In this document: piece after piece, positions 12,366 through 24,400 of the stretch
How the letters are laid out: each line of letters begins with the position of its first letter
Numbering within the stretch: position 1 is the stretch's first letter
Assembly: GCA_003427395.1 (NCBI GenBank)
Contig: BFEA01000003.1
Location: forward strand, 6,290,070-6,334,813
Length of the DNA: 44,744 nucleotides
Origin: Chara braunii
Lineage: Eukaryota > Plantae > Charophyceae
Direction: 5' to 3'
Notes under the pieces: generated by a model
Databases searched by the model: none
What the model was told of the DNA's origin: nothing
Seen by the model: only the letters and a program-made list of their open reading frames with translations
Made by a program: the position numbers and the translations under genes

Positions 12366-12732
12366 TAGGAAAAAAAACGGTCATATACATCCATGACCGT
12401 CGTAGTCTGAGTGTGCATGTCGCCCGGACTGGTGTTGGCGAGACCCAAACTACCCTCTTGCCTCTATCTAGCCCAGTTGTTTGTTAATCTCACTACCTGA
12501 AGTCCTCTTCACCGGTCATCTGAATCGTTCCATGCTGGCTCTCGCATTGGACCCGCCAATCCGATGGGTACTGCTCGATTTTTGAATTCGTCAATCTTTC
12601 AAAAAAAAAAAAAAAAAAAAAAAAACCCTTCAACTTCTGTTAGGGACAACGGCGACAACTATGAGATATCAGTTTCAAACTGACCTGTCCAGACCCCAAA
12701 GTAGTTGAAAATCATCTGATTTCGTGGACTCA

Positions 12733-15700
12733 ATTTTTTTTTTAATTATTATTTTTTTTTTTAATTCACCCTGTTTATTTAAACCACATGTAACTGAGGC
12801 GGGGGACCTCACAATTCAACCCGGAGTTATCCTGGCAGCCTCAGCCAGTTTCCCTTGTCTGTCTGCCCAACCTTACGCAAAAGACTGTGACATCAACCGA
12901 AGACTACAAGTTACCTATCCTATCAACTCTCAGTGGACGACCACTCTGACAACCTCGGTGACGCGCGTTGGTTCTAATCCGAACCTTCGGCCACCCGATC
13001 CAAACAAAGCTGTTGTGGGCCCACTGAGTGACCAAGTGAAACCCTGCTTTTAAGACAAACCAACCAACCCACAAATTACCCAAATCTACTAATCCTAACA
13101 ACACACAACAAACTGGATCACCTTAAGTGCGTTTTCCTTATTCGGAGCGGAGCCACTTGGAAAGGACCAACTTCCCTTCCAGCGTAACTGCGGCGAGTCT
13201 GTTCTTTTTCCCCCACGAGCAAAGGAACCACAATTGAGCCCGGTCCCTGGCCAGTCCTATTGTGCAGAGAACTTTCTTCCTCCAATCCACTGTTATCATG
13301 TGGTGAACAGTGGCTTTCATGCCCCCTTTCAGCATGGGGTCCGAGAAGTACTTACAATTAAAGAGTACCGAATTGCGTTCCTTCCAAATCCACCACATGA
13401 CTACCGCGTGGATAGACACTGCCACATACCCCCACCCCTTGTTATAGGACAGTGAGGGGGGTAAGATACCTGTTACAGCCCATTCCACATCCCAAACCAC
13501 CTCCGCCGGTCCCCCAATCTCCTTCCAGTGGTAGGCCGACCAATTCCAAATTCGAAGCGAAAGGGGGCAAGTTCCCCATAGGTGAGGAGTATCTTCCACC
13601 CTCCGGTGACACCTCACACATTGTACCTCCACGTTCATACCTCGCAGAAAAAGTGTCTCTGAGTCCAAAGGAGCTCTGTGTGTGATCAGCCACAGGACCG
13701 ACGAACATTTCCTGCTTGGGAGTTTTCGACAGATCTTCCACATCTCTCGTTAGTACTCAACTGACAGCGCCGTTCCGGTTGAGGACTGTGGGTAGGCTGC
13801 TTGGATTTTAGCAGTAGAACTGCCCTGTTTGCGTTGGAGACACATCCCTAGCTTTGAGGAGTATTGATTCAACTCCGTCTTTCTTGCCTCTACGCGTGAG
13901 GCGCCGCCAGCCATACAGACCAACATCCACCTTCATATTCCGAATTGGGTGCGTATTCTGAAGAAGCACCGATTGCGGTGAACCTCGTGCTGAGAACTCG
14001 AAGAAAACTCGTACCTCTGCCATTTGAGTTAACTCTGTCACAGTTCTTTCTTCTCTGTAAACAAGAGAATCTTTCTGCAGGCCATCACTCTCCGGCCTCT
14101 CCCATACCTCCACCTTACTGTTTCCAATATGTTTAAAGACTTGCTGGGGAACTTGATTGGCTGGTAAAACTGGGACGCACCACTGATCCGTATTGTCGTC
14201 TTCAATTAACGGGCGTTTCCATTCTTCAGGAATGACATTGATGATCTCCTGTCTCCTGGCTTCCATGTGCCAGAGTCTTCCAAGCTTGAGTTTAAGGAGT
14301 TGAGGACTCAACCAATCTGATTGACCTTCATCCCACAGGTCTTCAATTCTCAGGATCCCTTTCCCTATCCATGCCCTACCAAAATTGCCCTGTTTTGGCG
14401 AAACTTCAAACCAGGTGCCATCTGCTTTTCTAATCCCCGCGTTTTCAAAGATTGGTTGCCTCAATACCTCATCTTTCGTTCGTGGCTCCCTCAGTGGTAC
14501 GGGCGGAATCACTTTCCAGGCTAGCATTACCCCTTTCAAAAACGAAGACTTTACAAATCTACCTTGAAAGGACGGGATTGTAAGGAGGATCCACACATCT
14601 TCTCCCCTACTCAGTCCCCATTCTTTTGCGAAAATATATTCTGCCAGTGCTACCTAGTTCCGACTATCCTTGTCCATGACTCAGATGATGACTGCTTTCA
14701 CTAGTCATTTACAAAGCAGTGTCGTGTTCTTTCTTTCTGGGTCTAGTAAAGACAGACCTCCCTCTCCTCTGACTGCTGTGAGTTTATCCCATGCCAGTTT
14801 GGACATATGTCCCTGATCCTCCATTGCGTCAGGTTTGCACACGTACCTCGAAGCCACCTTCCTAATTTGTTTTGCCGGAGTCTTCCCTATGCGTCTTACA
14901 GAGCCCGCGTACCAAAATTGTGAGAAAACTGAAGCATTGAGGATCAAAACTCTACCCATCAATGACAGCCCGTGGGTAGCCTTCCACTTTTGCAGGCGGC
15001 AGGAGACACGTTCGTGTAAAAGAGTATCCTGGGTTTCAACACAGTTCTAAAGGGACACGTGAATTCCCAAAAACCTTTCAGCAGAATTAGTAGGAATCTT
15101 CTTCATGCCCAACTCTATGCAAATCTCAAAATCATCAGGTAGGAAAACAATTAATTTTGACCAGTTAACTTGGGCCTCGCTTAGATCACAATACTCTATC
15201 AGAGTGTTTTTAACTGCAGCTAAAGAGGTTCCAGTATTCCTAGTTACTACAGTTAGGTCATCAGCTAGTGCGCTTCCCTTGAACTGATTCGAACCTTGCG
15301 TACGAAGGCCCACAATGTATGGGTTTTGTCTCACGTTATTGAGTAGGACGTCCATCTGCATAACAAAGAGGAGGGGCGCTAATGGGCATCCTTGTCTCAA
15401 GGAGCGGGTCAGTGGAAATTCCGGAGAAATTCTTCCATTGATCATTACACTTGCTGTGGCATGGAAATATAGCGCTTTTACCCATACATAATAATTAGGC
15501 CCTATCCCCATATGTCTCATAGTAGTGAGGACAAAGGTCCAATTAACCCGGTCGTAGGCTTTCTCAAAGTCCAAAAGCAACACAGCAATATCTAAATTTT
15601 CCTCCGCGATAATCTCCATTGACTTAATCACTGTTACAATGTTGTTCAGAATTGAGCGGCCTCTGATGAAAGCTCCTTGATCCACCCCAATGAGGCAAGG

Positions 15701-16200
15701 TAGGTACTCAACTAATCTGATAGCTAGGGTCTTTGCAAGCAGCTTGTATACAGTATTTAACAATGATATAGGCCGCCAATTCCGGACATTACTCTTATCA
15801 CCTTTCTTGTATAGCAAGGCGATAATCCCTTTTGTCATGCATGCAGGAAGGGTGGTGCCTGTGAGAACATCGTTATATATCTTCACTAGTTCCGAACAGA
15901 ATAGATCCCCAAAACAGAGAAAAAATTCAATTGGAAGCCCATCTTCCCCCGAGGCCTTGCCTTTAGCCATTTGGCTAGCTGAGTGAGTCAGTTCAGTGTG
16001 TGTCATTGGTCTATCCAAAGCCAGCCAACTTGCGGCGGGATCCTGACTGTTGTCAAGTCCCCAAAATTTGAAATTTCGGTCAAATTTCTGTCTGACTCGT
16101 CTATTGGCTTCCTTGATGTCAGGACATCCCGAAAGTAACTGACCGCGTAATCGCACATCCCTGCAGTCTCCGAGGTAGGCCTCAGGTTAGGATCAAAGTG
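12733..16200 (-). mobile_element. 5'-truncated L1/Tx1-clade LINE (copy 2): RT, C-terminal CCHC zinc finger, 3' UTR and A-rich tail
   Basis: ORF 15047-16156 has NWRPISLLNTVYK, LDFEKAYDRV, LRQGCPLAP, SALADDL. ORF 13138-13743 has CVRC...EDTPHLWGTC and WWIWKERN. T-rich tail on + at ~12733-12766. Confidence 0.93.
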
Positions 16201-16400
16201 TGAGAGTTATTAGTGAAGTATCAGTCTCCCCAGCACATGACTAAGTTTCGTACTACGCTCCGCAAATGAAGAGTTTCATAGACGAACCGACTGAGCAAGG
16301 CACGCCTGTTGGCCCGTCTAGCAGGACCTCTTTTTTTGCAGTCACAGAACAAGTTTATAAATGCATTCCAATTTCGAAACAGGATTTCTGCAGTTTAGTC

Positions 16401-16613
16401 AGGGCCGCAATTTGAAATGCAGTCCACACTCGAATTTGCAGAAAAGTTGCGCCGCCGAGTTTGAGACTGCAATCTAGTCCCTCATGGGGAGCAGCCGGTA
16501 GAGACTGTAGAGGCCCTGACACAAGCTGTTTATGAATGTACAATCCGACATTCATGGTCCGATACATTCGGGAAACTTCTAGCGTGAAAATGTGCAGAGA
16601 GAGAAGGCTCTTT

Positions 16614-16672
<59 letters not shown>

Positions 16673-19600
16673 TGTCTCTGTGTGCGCGCCGGCACATTTT
16701 CACACTAGCAGTTTCCAAAATGTACATGGGATTATGGGGCTTGCTGCAACATGCACAAAAGACAAAAATCATGGCCGTGCATCTTTCCATATTCTAGCGG
16801 AAGCGTCACTCTCGTTTTGCACATTTCGAGTTTCGAGAGTAGTGCAGCGAGACCCTATACGTTTCAAAAGATAATGTTAGGGATAATCGGTAGAAGGCGC
16901 CCACGCCAAAACCATTTCGGTTTTGGCAGCCCGAAGTTTAGCTTTTTGGTACTACCGGCCCAATGACTTGCATGCAGGGTACTACAGGCCCATGCGTATC
17001 TCCAAGGGCCCTACCGGATCATGAATCTGGCACATAACAGCGCCAGATTCATTTTGATGTAAAAGAGGCGGGCGGTGGTACCGCTGAAGTATCGAACGAG
17101 GCCTACATATTCTATTCGCAGCCAGGTATGGCTGCGCTTAGGGGGGTTGCAACTTTCTGCACATTTCCACAAAAACGTCCAGATTCGGGCGCTGAGGAAA
17201 CTTTCCGTTTCGAGAAATGTTTATAGATGGGAAAAGCCGCATGTACAGCGTCGTTGCCGCGTCGTTGCCTAGAGGGGAAACGCGGCATGTACAGCGTCGT
17301 TGCCTGCCAACGGTCGGGCATGGCCATGGGCATATATGTGGGGGGGGGAGGGGGTCGGCGTTGCCCCAAGAAAAAACTTTCGGGAAAGCTATGCTTGTGA
17401 ACCTAATTGTGGCCATGTTTGTGGAGATGTGCATGGAAAAAAAAACGAACAGNNNNNNNNNNNNNNNNNNNNNNNNNNNNNNNNNNNNNNNNNNNNNNNN
17501 NNNNNNNNNNNNNNNNNNNNNNNNNNNNNNNNNNNNNNNNNNNNNNNNNNNNNNNNNNNNNNNNNNNNNNNNNNNNNNNNNNNNNNNNNNNNNNNNNNNN
17601 NNNNNNNNNNNNNNNNNNNNNNNNNNNNNNNNNNNNNNNNNNNNNNNNNNNNNNNNNNNNNNNNNNNNNNNNNNNNNNNNNNNNNNNNNNNNNNNNNNNN
17701 NNNNNNNNNNNNNNNNNNNNNNNNNNNNNNNNNNNNNNNNNNNNNNNNNNNNNNNNNNNNNNNNNNNNNNNNNNNNNNNNNNNNNNNNNNNNNNNNNNNN
17801 NNNNNNNNNNNNNNNNNNNNNNNNNNNNNNNNNNNNNNNNNNNNNNNNNNNNNNNNNNNNNNNNNNNNNNNNNNNNNNNNNNNNNNNNNNNNNNNNNNNN
17901 NNNNNNNNNNNNNNNNNNNNNNNNNNNNNNNNNNNNNNNNNNNNNNNNNNNNNNNNNNNNNNNNNNNNNNNNNNNNNNNNNNNNNNNNNNNNNNNCGGCT
18001 GACCCCTGGCCGGTATCGCCCACCTGCTGTAGCAGGTATCGCACCTGCTGGTGGGTGCAGCTCCCGCATGTTCCCTCGTTGGAGGCTTGAGCACGGATGT
18101 GGCTGCTACGGGGTTCCCCGTAATACTATAATGACAATAAAAAAGGCCCGAAAGGCCGTCCTGTCCAGATTTGACAGGTAATTCAATTGGTTGGGCTGAA
18201 AAGAAAAAACAAAAAAAAACTCGACGCTGCTAGTGGGACTTGGCCCCCGGGTGGATGCACTAACGCAGGTGCCTCCCCCCCGGCCAAGTCCCGGTAGCAG
18301 CGTCAATCTTCCTCAACATCTAAATCTGGACGTGTTAGTGGAGGTGTGCAAAAGTCCCATTGAGTTTGGTCAACCGCACATGGCCACAATCACGTCCAGA
18401 TTCAGGCTGAGGAAACTCAACACCGCTAGTGGGACTTGGCCCCCGGGGCGACGAGCAGGAGACTCAACGTCCGCCTAGTGGAACCTGGCCACGGGGTTGG
18501 CACTAAGTGGGACATGTCCATGGGGATATAGGCAGGGGTGTGTACCATGACAAGGGAAAGCCACGGGGTTGGCACTAAGTGGGACATGTCCATGGGGATA
18601 TAGGCAGGGGTGTGTACCATGACAAGGGAAAGCGGAAAAATGCAACGCAATCTGCAGTTGCGGAAATGGAAGGAACTCCAAAACACGGCCGCATTCAGGC
18701 ACAGGCATTGAGGGAACCCATAGCCCCTACTACCCTGAAGGAGCAGAGTAAGGGGAAGGTGCAAAGGGCGTGCCAAAGTTCGCAGCCACGTATGGCTGCG
18801 CTTATGGGGGTTGCGACTTTCTGCACATCTCCACAAAAGCATCTAGATTCGGGCGCTGAGGAAACTTTCTGTTGTCGAGAATTTTTATAGACGGGAAACG
18901 CGACATGTACAGCGTCGTTGCCCCATCGAACGGTTGGGCATAATAATCTCGACGGGTTGGGGTGGAAGGGTGGAGGGGGTTGGCCCCAAAAAAAAAACGT
19001 TGGTTCAAAAAAAAAAACCATCCGGTACCCGACTTAAGTATGGGCTGGATTCTTATCGGCTCTGTGTACTTGTCCGCATACGCACCCAGATTCGTGATTC
19101 GGGCGTTGTTCTGGCGGCCATCGTAGTCTCTTCCTGTCGGTCTGGCGAACCGTGCGTGCGGCCAGGTAGGGCATGTCTGTGGCAGCGCGTGAGTGCAAGG
19201 GTCTTTGGAGAGCGGACAGCGAGAGTGCGTGCGGGCGAGAGAGGGGGCGGTCGGAGGGAGGTTTCGAAATCGCGCCGGCGATGCAGAGACAGGCATGGTT
19301 TGCCGGCGGGGGCGTGAAGACTGTCTGGCATTGTTGAGTTGAGTTTATGGTGATGGCGAGTTATGTTATGGCTGCGCTTAGTGGCTGCGCTTAGGGGGGT
19401 TGCGACTTTCTGCACATCTCCACAAAAGCGTCTAGATTCCGGCGCTGATGAAACTTTCGATGGGGGTATTTTGCAACCATGACAGGTTGTGTCAGCAGAG
19501 TGTTCCGGTCTACCCAGATCTTTTAGGTGCATTTTGGCATATATCTCAACTTATAGGGCTGTCTCACAAATTGTCCATTTTTTATTCCGTTGTTGCGTAG

Positions 19601-21059
19601 GGGACAAGGTCCAGTAGGGGCGATGGTATGGCTGCGCTTAGGGGGGTTGCAACTTTCTGAACATCTCCACATAAACGTCCAGATTCGGGCGCTGAGGAAA
19701 CTTTCCGTTTTCGAGAATTTTTATAGACGGGAAACGCGGCATGTTCAGCGTCGTTGCCTACCAACGGGGTTGGGGGGGGCGGGCCCCCAAAAAAAATGGT
19801 TGGTTAAAAAAAAAGACATCCGGGGGGTGTACCCCACTTAAGTATGGGCTGGATTCTTTTCGGCTCTGTGTACTTCTCCGCATACGCGCCCAGATTCGTG
19901 ATTCGGGCGTTGTTCTGGCGGCCATCGTAGNACTTAAGTATGGGCTGGATTCTTTTCGGCTCTGTGTACTTCTCCGCATACGCGCCCAGATTCGTGATTC
20001 GGGCGTTGTTCTGGCGGCCATCGTAGTTGGTCTGGCGAAAAAAAAAAAACATCCGGGGGACGTACCCGACTTAAGTATGGGCTGGATTCTTTTCGGCTCT
20101 GTGTACTTCTCCGCATACGCGCCCAGATTCATGATTCAGGCGTTGTTCTGGCTGTCTGTGGCAGCACGTGAGTGCCAGGGTCTTCGGAGAGCGGAGAGCG
20201 AGAATGCGTGTGGGCGAGAGAGGGCGGTCGGAGGGAGGTTTCGAAATCGCGCCGGCGACGCGGAGACAGGCATGGTTTGTCGGCGGGGGCGTGAAGACTG
20301 GCTGGAATTGTTGAGTTCTCCAAGGTCGAACCTGCGATCAGTCGCCGAGGTGTGGACATGGCGAAGGGAGTACGTTTCGGGGCTGCTGTGTGTGCGCGCA
20401 TGTGCGTTTGCGGTTACGGTTACGTTCTACATGACAGGTTTTGTGTCAGCAGAGTGTTCCGGTCTACCCAGATCGTTTAGGTACGTTTTGGCATATAGCT
20501 CAACTTATAGGGATGTCTCACAAATTGTCCATTTTTTCTTCCGTCGTTGCGTAGGGGACAAGGTCCAGTAGGGGCGATGGGTTCCCTCAATGCCTGAATG
20601 CGGCCGTGTTTTGGAGTTCCTTCCATTTCCGCAACTGCACATTTCGAAGCTCTCGTAGGCTGGTCGCCGGTCCGTCCCCGACCTGGCTGCGCCCCCACGC
20701 CCGAGTGTGGTATCAGTTTTGAAAAACAAGGGCCCTACCGGTTCATGAATCTGCCGCAGAAACAGCGCCAAATTCTCGAACCGGTAAAAACCAGCCCAGG
20801 GAGATGTGGCCACGGCGCGAGGGCGCAGTTCACCCAGGGGAAAGTTTTTGGGGCCGGTAGCCGAGTTTCGGGCGCCGAAAACAGGAAAGGTTTTGGCGTG
20901 GGCTCTTTCTACCAATTATCCCTTTTTCCGGGGCCTGTGTCAGGGCCTCTACAGACTCTGTCGGGCCGTCCCACGCGAGGGACTGGATTGCAGTCTCAAA
21001 ATCCACGTGCCCCTTCTCACATAAATTGGAGTTTGGACTGCATTTCAAATTGCGACCCT
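16401..21059. repeat. Composite non-coding repeat block with nested inverted repeats and ~0.83-0.95-kb tandem units
   Basis: Inverted pairs 16401-16523/20936-21059, ~16878-16940/~20860-20922 and ~18650-18730/~20567-20640. The module TATGGCTGCGCTTA(G)nTTGC..CTTTCTG..CAT.TCCAC recurs at 17126, 18790, ~19367-19381 and 19626. 72-bp tandem duplication at 18488-18631. Confidence 0.75.
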
Positions 21060-21486
21060 CCCTGGACTGCGGAAACACTGTTTCAAATGCGTTTAAAGAC
21101 TGTTTTTTTTTGTTTTTTTTTGTTTTTTTATTTATTTATTATTATTATTATTATTATTTCCCGGGCCCAGTGCCCAAGGCTCATATTATCAGAAAAAACA
21201 GCTTGAGGCCGGGGTCCTCACAGTCTACCCGGATTGGCTGGGAGCATTACCCAGTTTCGCTTACGGGATTACTCCCGAGGGGACCAACCCCCTGAGTCCT
21301 TCACATCACAATCAACTTAAAACATATTAGAATACTAGACCCACCGGTTGTCCAGAGTCTATCCAGACTGCCCCTAAAGCGGGGCAGTGGAGCAACTGCT
21401 CCATAGACCAACGATGATGCTCCCTCCACTAACCTATAGACACCTCCTACCGCCCTCCTACTGAGCAGAAAAACCGAGCGCCCAGG

Positions 21487-24400
21487 TTATTGCTCACACT
21501 CTAGCAGCCACTGGCCCAGTACCAGCTTGGAGTCTTGCACTTTGGCCAACTGTTCCTGGATCGCCCAGGTTTCCAAGAACCACTTCAGGCCAGAACCCCT
21601 CAGGTGTGTACTGAGCACCTTCCGTCTCCAATCACTCCTGATGCTTCTTCGCATATGTAATTTCACTGAGGACTTGATGGCCTTATCCGAGAGGAACCTG
21701 CCTTCGAACACATTCTTGTTCCTTGTTTCCCAAATGACGAGTATGAGGCAAGCCCTGAGAGCCTGGGCCACGTACCCCCACCCTTTGTTAAGGGCGAGGG
21801 CTTCCGGAACGCCACCGAATAGAATCCAGTGGTCATCCCAGGGAAAAATCGGGCCACTGAGACGAGCCCAGTGGTCCATCCACCATGTCCAGATTCGTCG
21901 GGATAGAGGGCATGAGAGCCATAGATGTACCGTAGATTCGAATGGCCAGCGACATCTTGAACAGTGGATCTGAATTTTCATGCCCCTCTCCACGAGCCAA
22001 ACTGCTGAGGGGGTTGCCAGCAACGACAGCAGCCACAGTAAGGCTGCAGCTCTTGGCATTGGAAGTTTGTGGAGCTGCGCCCAGCATCTTTTGATATCAC
22101 GGCTCACTGTGGCATCTTCGGTAGTGTTCACCTGCGCCCATCTGCTTACTGTGGTTGCCTCGGAGAAGTAATTCATAGCCTCCTGCTGAGCAGTAATCTG
22201 ATAGCCATGCCTCTTTGGGAAATTTAATTGAACCTCTCCAGGACCAGAGCTTGGGGTCCAAACACAGCATTCGTACTGGTGTACCTCCTGCCCACACTGA
22301 GCATGTCCATGTGCCATCATCAGTGCAGAGCTCCCGTACCCTGATCTGCGTCAGCGTACCCAGCGGCTGGCTGGGGGGGGTTTGGCCTTCTTCCTCCTCC
22401 GCTCCTGTGAATAGCTGCGCCGAGGAAGGATCCTTATGCCACCATTGAAACATCCTGGAGCCATCTGTTTCCATTGCTACCAGCTTCCAGATTGATCATC
22501 CTCTGATTCCTGGACCTGCAACTTAACCCATGTACCCGGAGGGGGGACACCTGTTGGGCTTAGCAGATGCATCCACTCCCGGGGGGTAGCGGTCCGGAGC
22601 AGGACCGCTCTCTCATCAATGTGAGCCAGCCTTCCCAGCTTATATCTGAGGTCCTCGAGAGTCACCCATTGCCCTGTCCATTCGTCCCATAGATCAGCCA
22701 GGCGCAAAACCCCCTTTTCCGCCCATTGCCGCCCAAATGCCTGCGCGGTACATCCCGCCGAAAAGGGGAGACCCCTCGGGTCTAGGATAAATGGGTTATC
22801 GAACAGAGGTTGCGAGAGCACCTCTTCCCTGGTTGTTGGGGGGATCCACTGTCGTGGGCCCACCTTCTTCCAGGCTTTCAGTACGTCTTGCCAGAATGGG
22901 GAGGAAACTCGCCGTCGCAGGAAGGAGTCCAACAAACAACAGGTCCAAACGTCTTTACACCTTGGCAGCTTCCAGTCTTGTGCCAACAATTGTTCTGCTA
23001 GGAGGATCCGGTGATCGTCTGTTTCACTGGATATGGCCTTGATTATCCACTTTACTAAAAGATCAGCGTTTGTTTGGCTGGCTCTAGCATACCCAGACCC
23101 CCTTCCTCTCGTGGGTAACAGATTAGGTCCCACGCGACCTTAGAGATGAAGCCCTCCATTTCTTTGGAGAAGGGCTTCCAAATAAATTTAGCTGCGACCC
23201 TTCGTACCACTTTTAGCAGCTGTTTCCCAAGAGCCCTGACTGTACCCACGAACCTGAGTAGTGCAAAAAGAGCAACATTCGTAACCAACGCTCGTCCGAA
23301 CAGAGACAAGTGTTTCGCTGGACCCCAGATTGTGAGACGTTGTACAATTCTCTGCTGCAGCAGGTCATTTTGGGCGTTTGTGCACCGTCCAAGTGTGACT
23401 TGAATACCAAGATACTGTTCTGATGCACCTCTAGCTACTCGTTTCATACCCCATTCGACTGCCAGTGTGTAACCTTCCGGTAGCAAGTACACAGATTTGG
23501 TCCAATTAACTGCTGCTTCAGATAGACTGGCATATTCCGTGAGGCATTCTTTCAGGGCTCGTAGGGACTCCGCGGTGTTTTCGGAGATTGCCAACAGGTC
23601 ATCTGCAAGGGCCTTCACACGGCATTCCGTCTGTTGGATTGGCAACCCTCTAATGCTTGGGTGACACCTGATGTTTGAAACCAAAACTTCAAGTTGCAGC
23701 ACAAAGAGAAGGGGGGCAAGGGGACATCCCTGCCTCAAAGATCTGGTTAACGGAAATGGCGAGGAGATGTGCCCATTTACCAGCACTGACGTTGTAGAGA
23801 AGACATATAGAACAGATACCCAACGACAAAAGTTCGGGCCAAATTGGAGCACTTTCAGGGTGGTAAGAACGTAGGCCCAGTTGACTCTATCATACGCCTT
23901 TTCTAAATCGAGCAAAAGGACTGCAAGATCGAGGTTTTCTTGGTGAATCCATTCGAGTGCCTCAATCGTAGTAACGATGTTGTCAAAAATGGATCTGCCT
24001 TGGACAAAGGCAGCCTGATCGTGGTTTACTAGTAGGTAAGTACCTTCCTAGTCTATTGGCTAACAATTTTGTCAAAATTTTGTATGATACATTCAATAAA
24101 GAGATCGGCCTCCAGTTTCTAATTTCTGCCTTGTCGCCCTTCTTATACATGATGGAGATAACACCGTGGGTCATGCCTTTCGATAGATGGCCACCTGTAA
24201 GAACGTCGTTAAAGATTTCTACCAGATGGGGGAAGAGGGACTTACCGTGCTGCAGATAAAACTCTACTGGTAAGCCATCCCTTCCCGGCGATTTCCCTTT
24301 GGCCATACCCTGGATGGTTGCATCCACTTCCTCCTGTGTGACTGGACGGTCCAGATCCAACCTACCACTGGGGCCTAACTTGATATTGAGCTTGTTCCAG

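Noticed and set aside
16215-16285. Minus-strand GAAACTTAGTC resembling a hammerhead stem III
   Set aside because: No CUGANGA core in a compatible position and no stem II.
12720-16340. TSD for LINE copy 2 (GGACTCAATTTT versus GGACCTCTTTT)
   Set aside because: Too divergent to support, so the 5' boundary is left approximate.
17138-18181. Long ORFs spanning N-runs (also 11199-11852 and 39994-41502)
   Set aside because: Open only because of assembly gaps and microsatellites.
19837-20030. Perfect ~95-bp tandem duplication joined by a single N
   Set aside because: Most likely a contig-overlap artefact at a gap, not a biological repeat.
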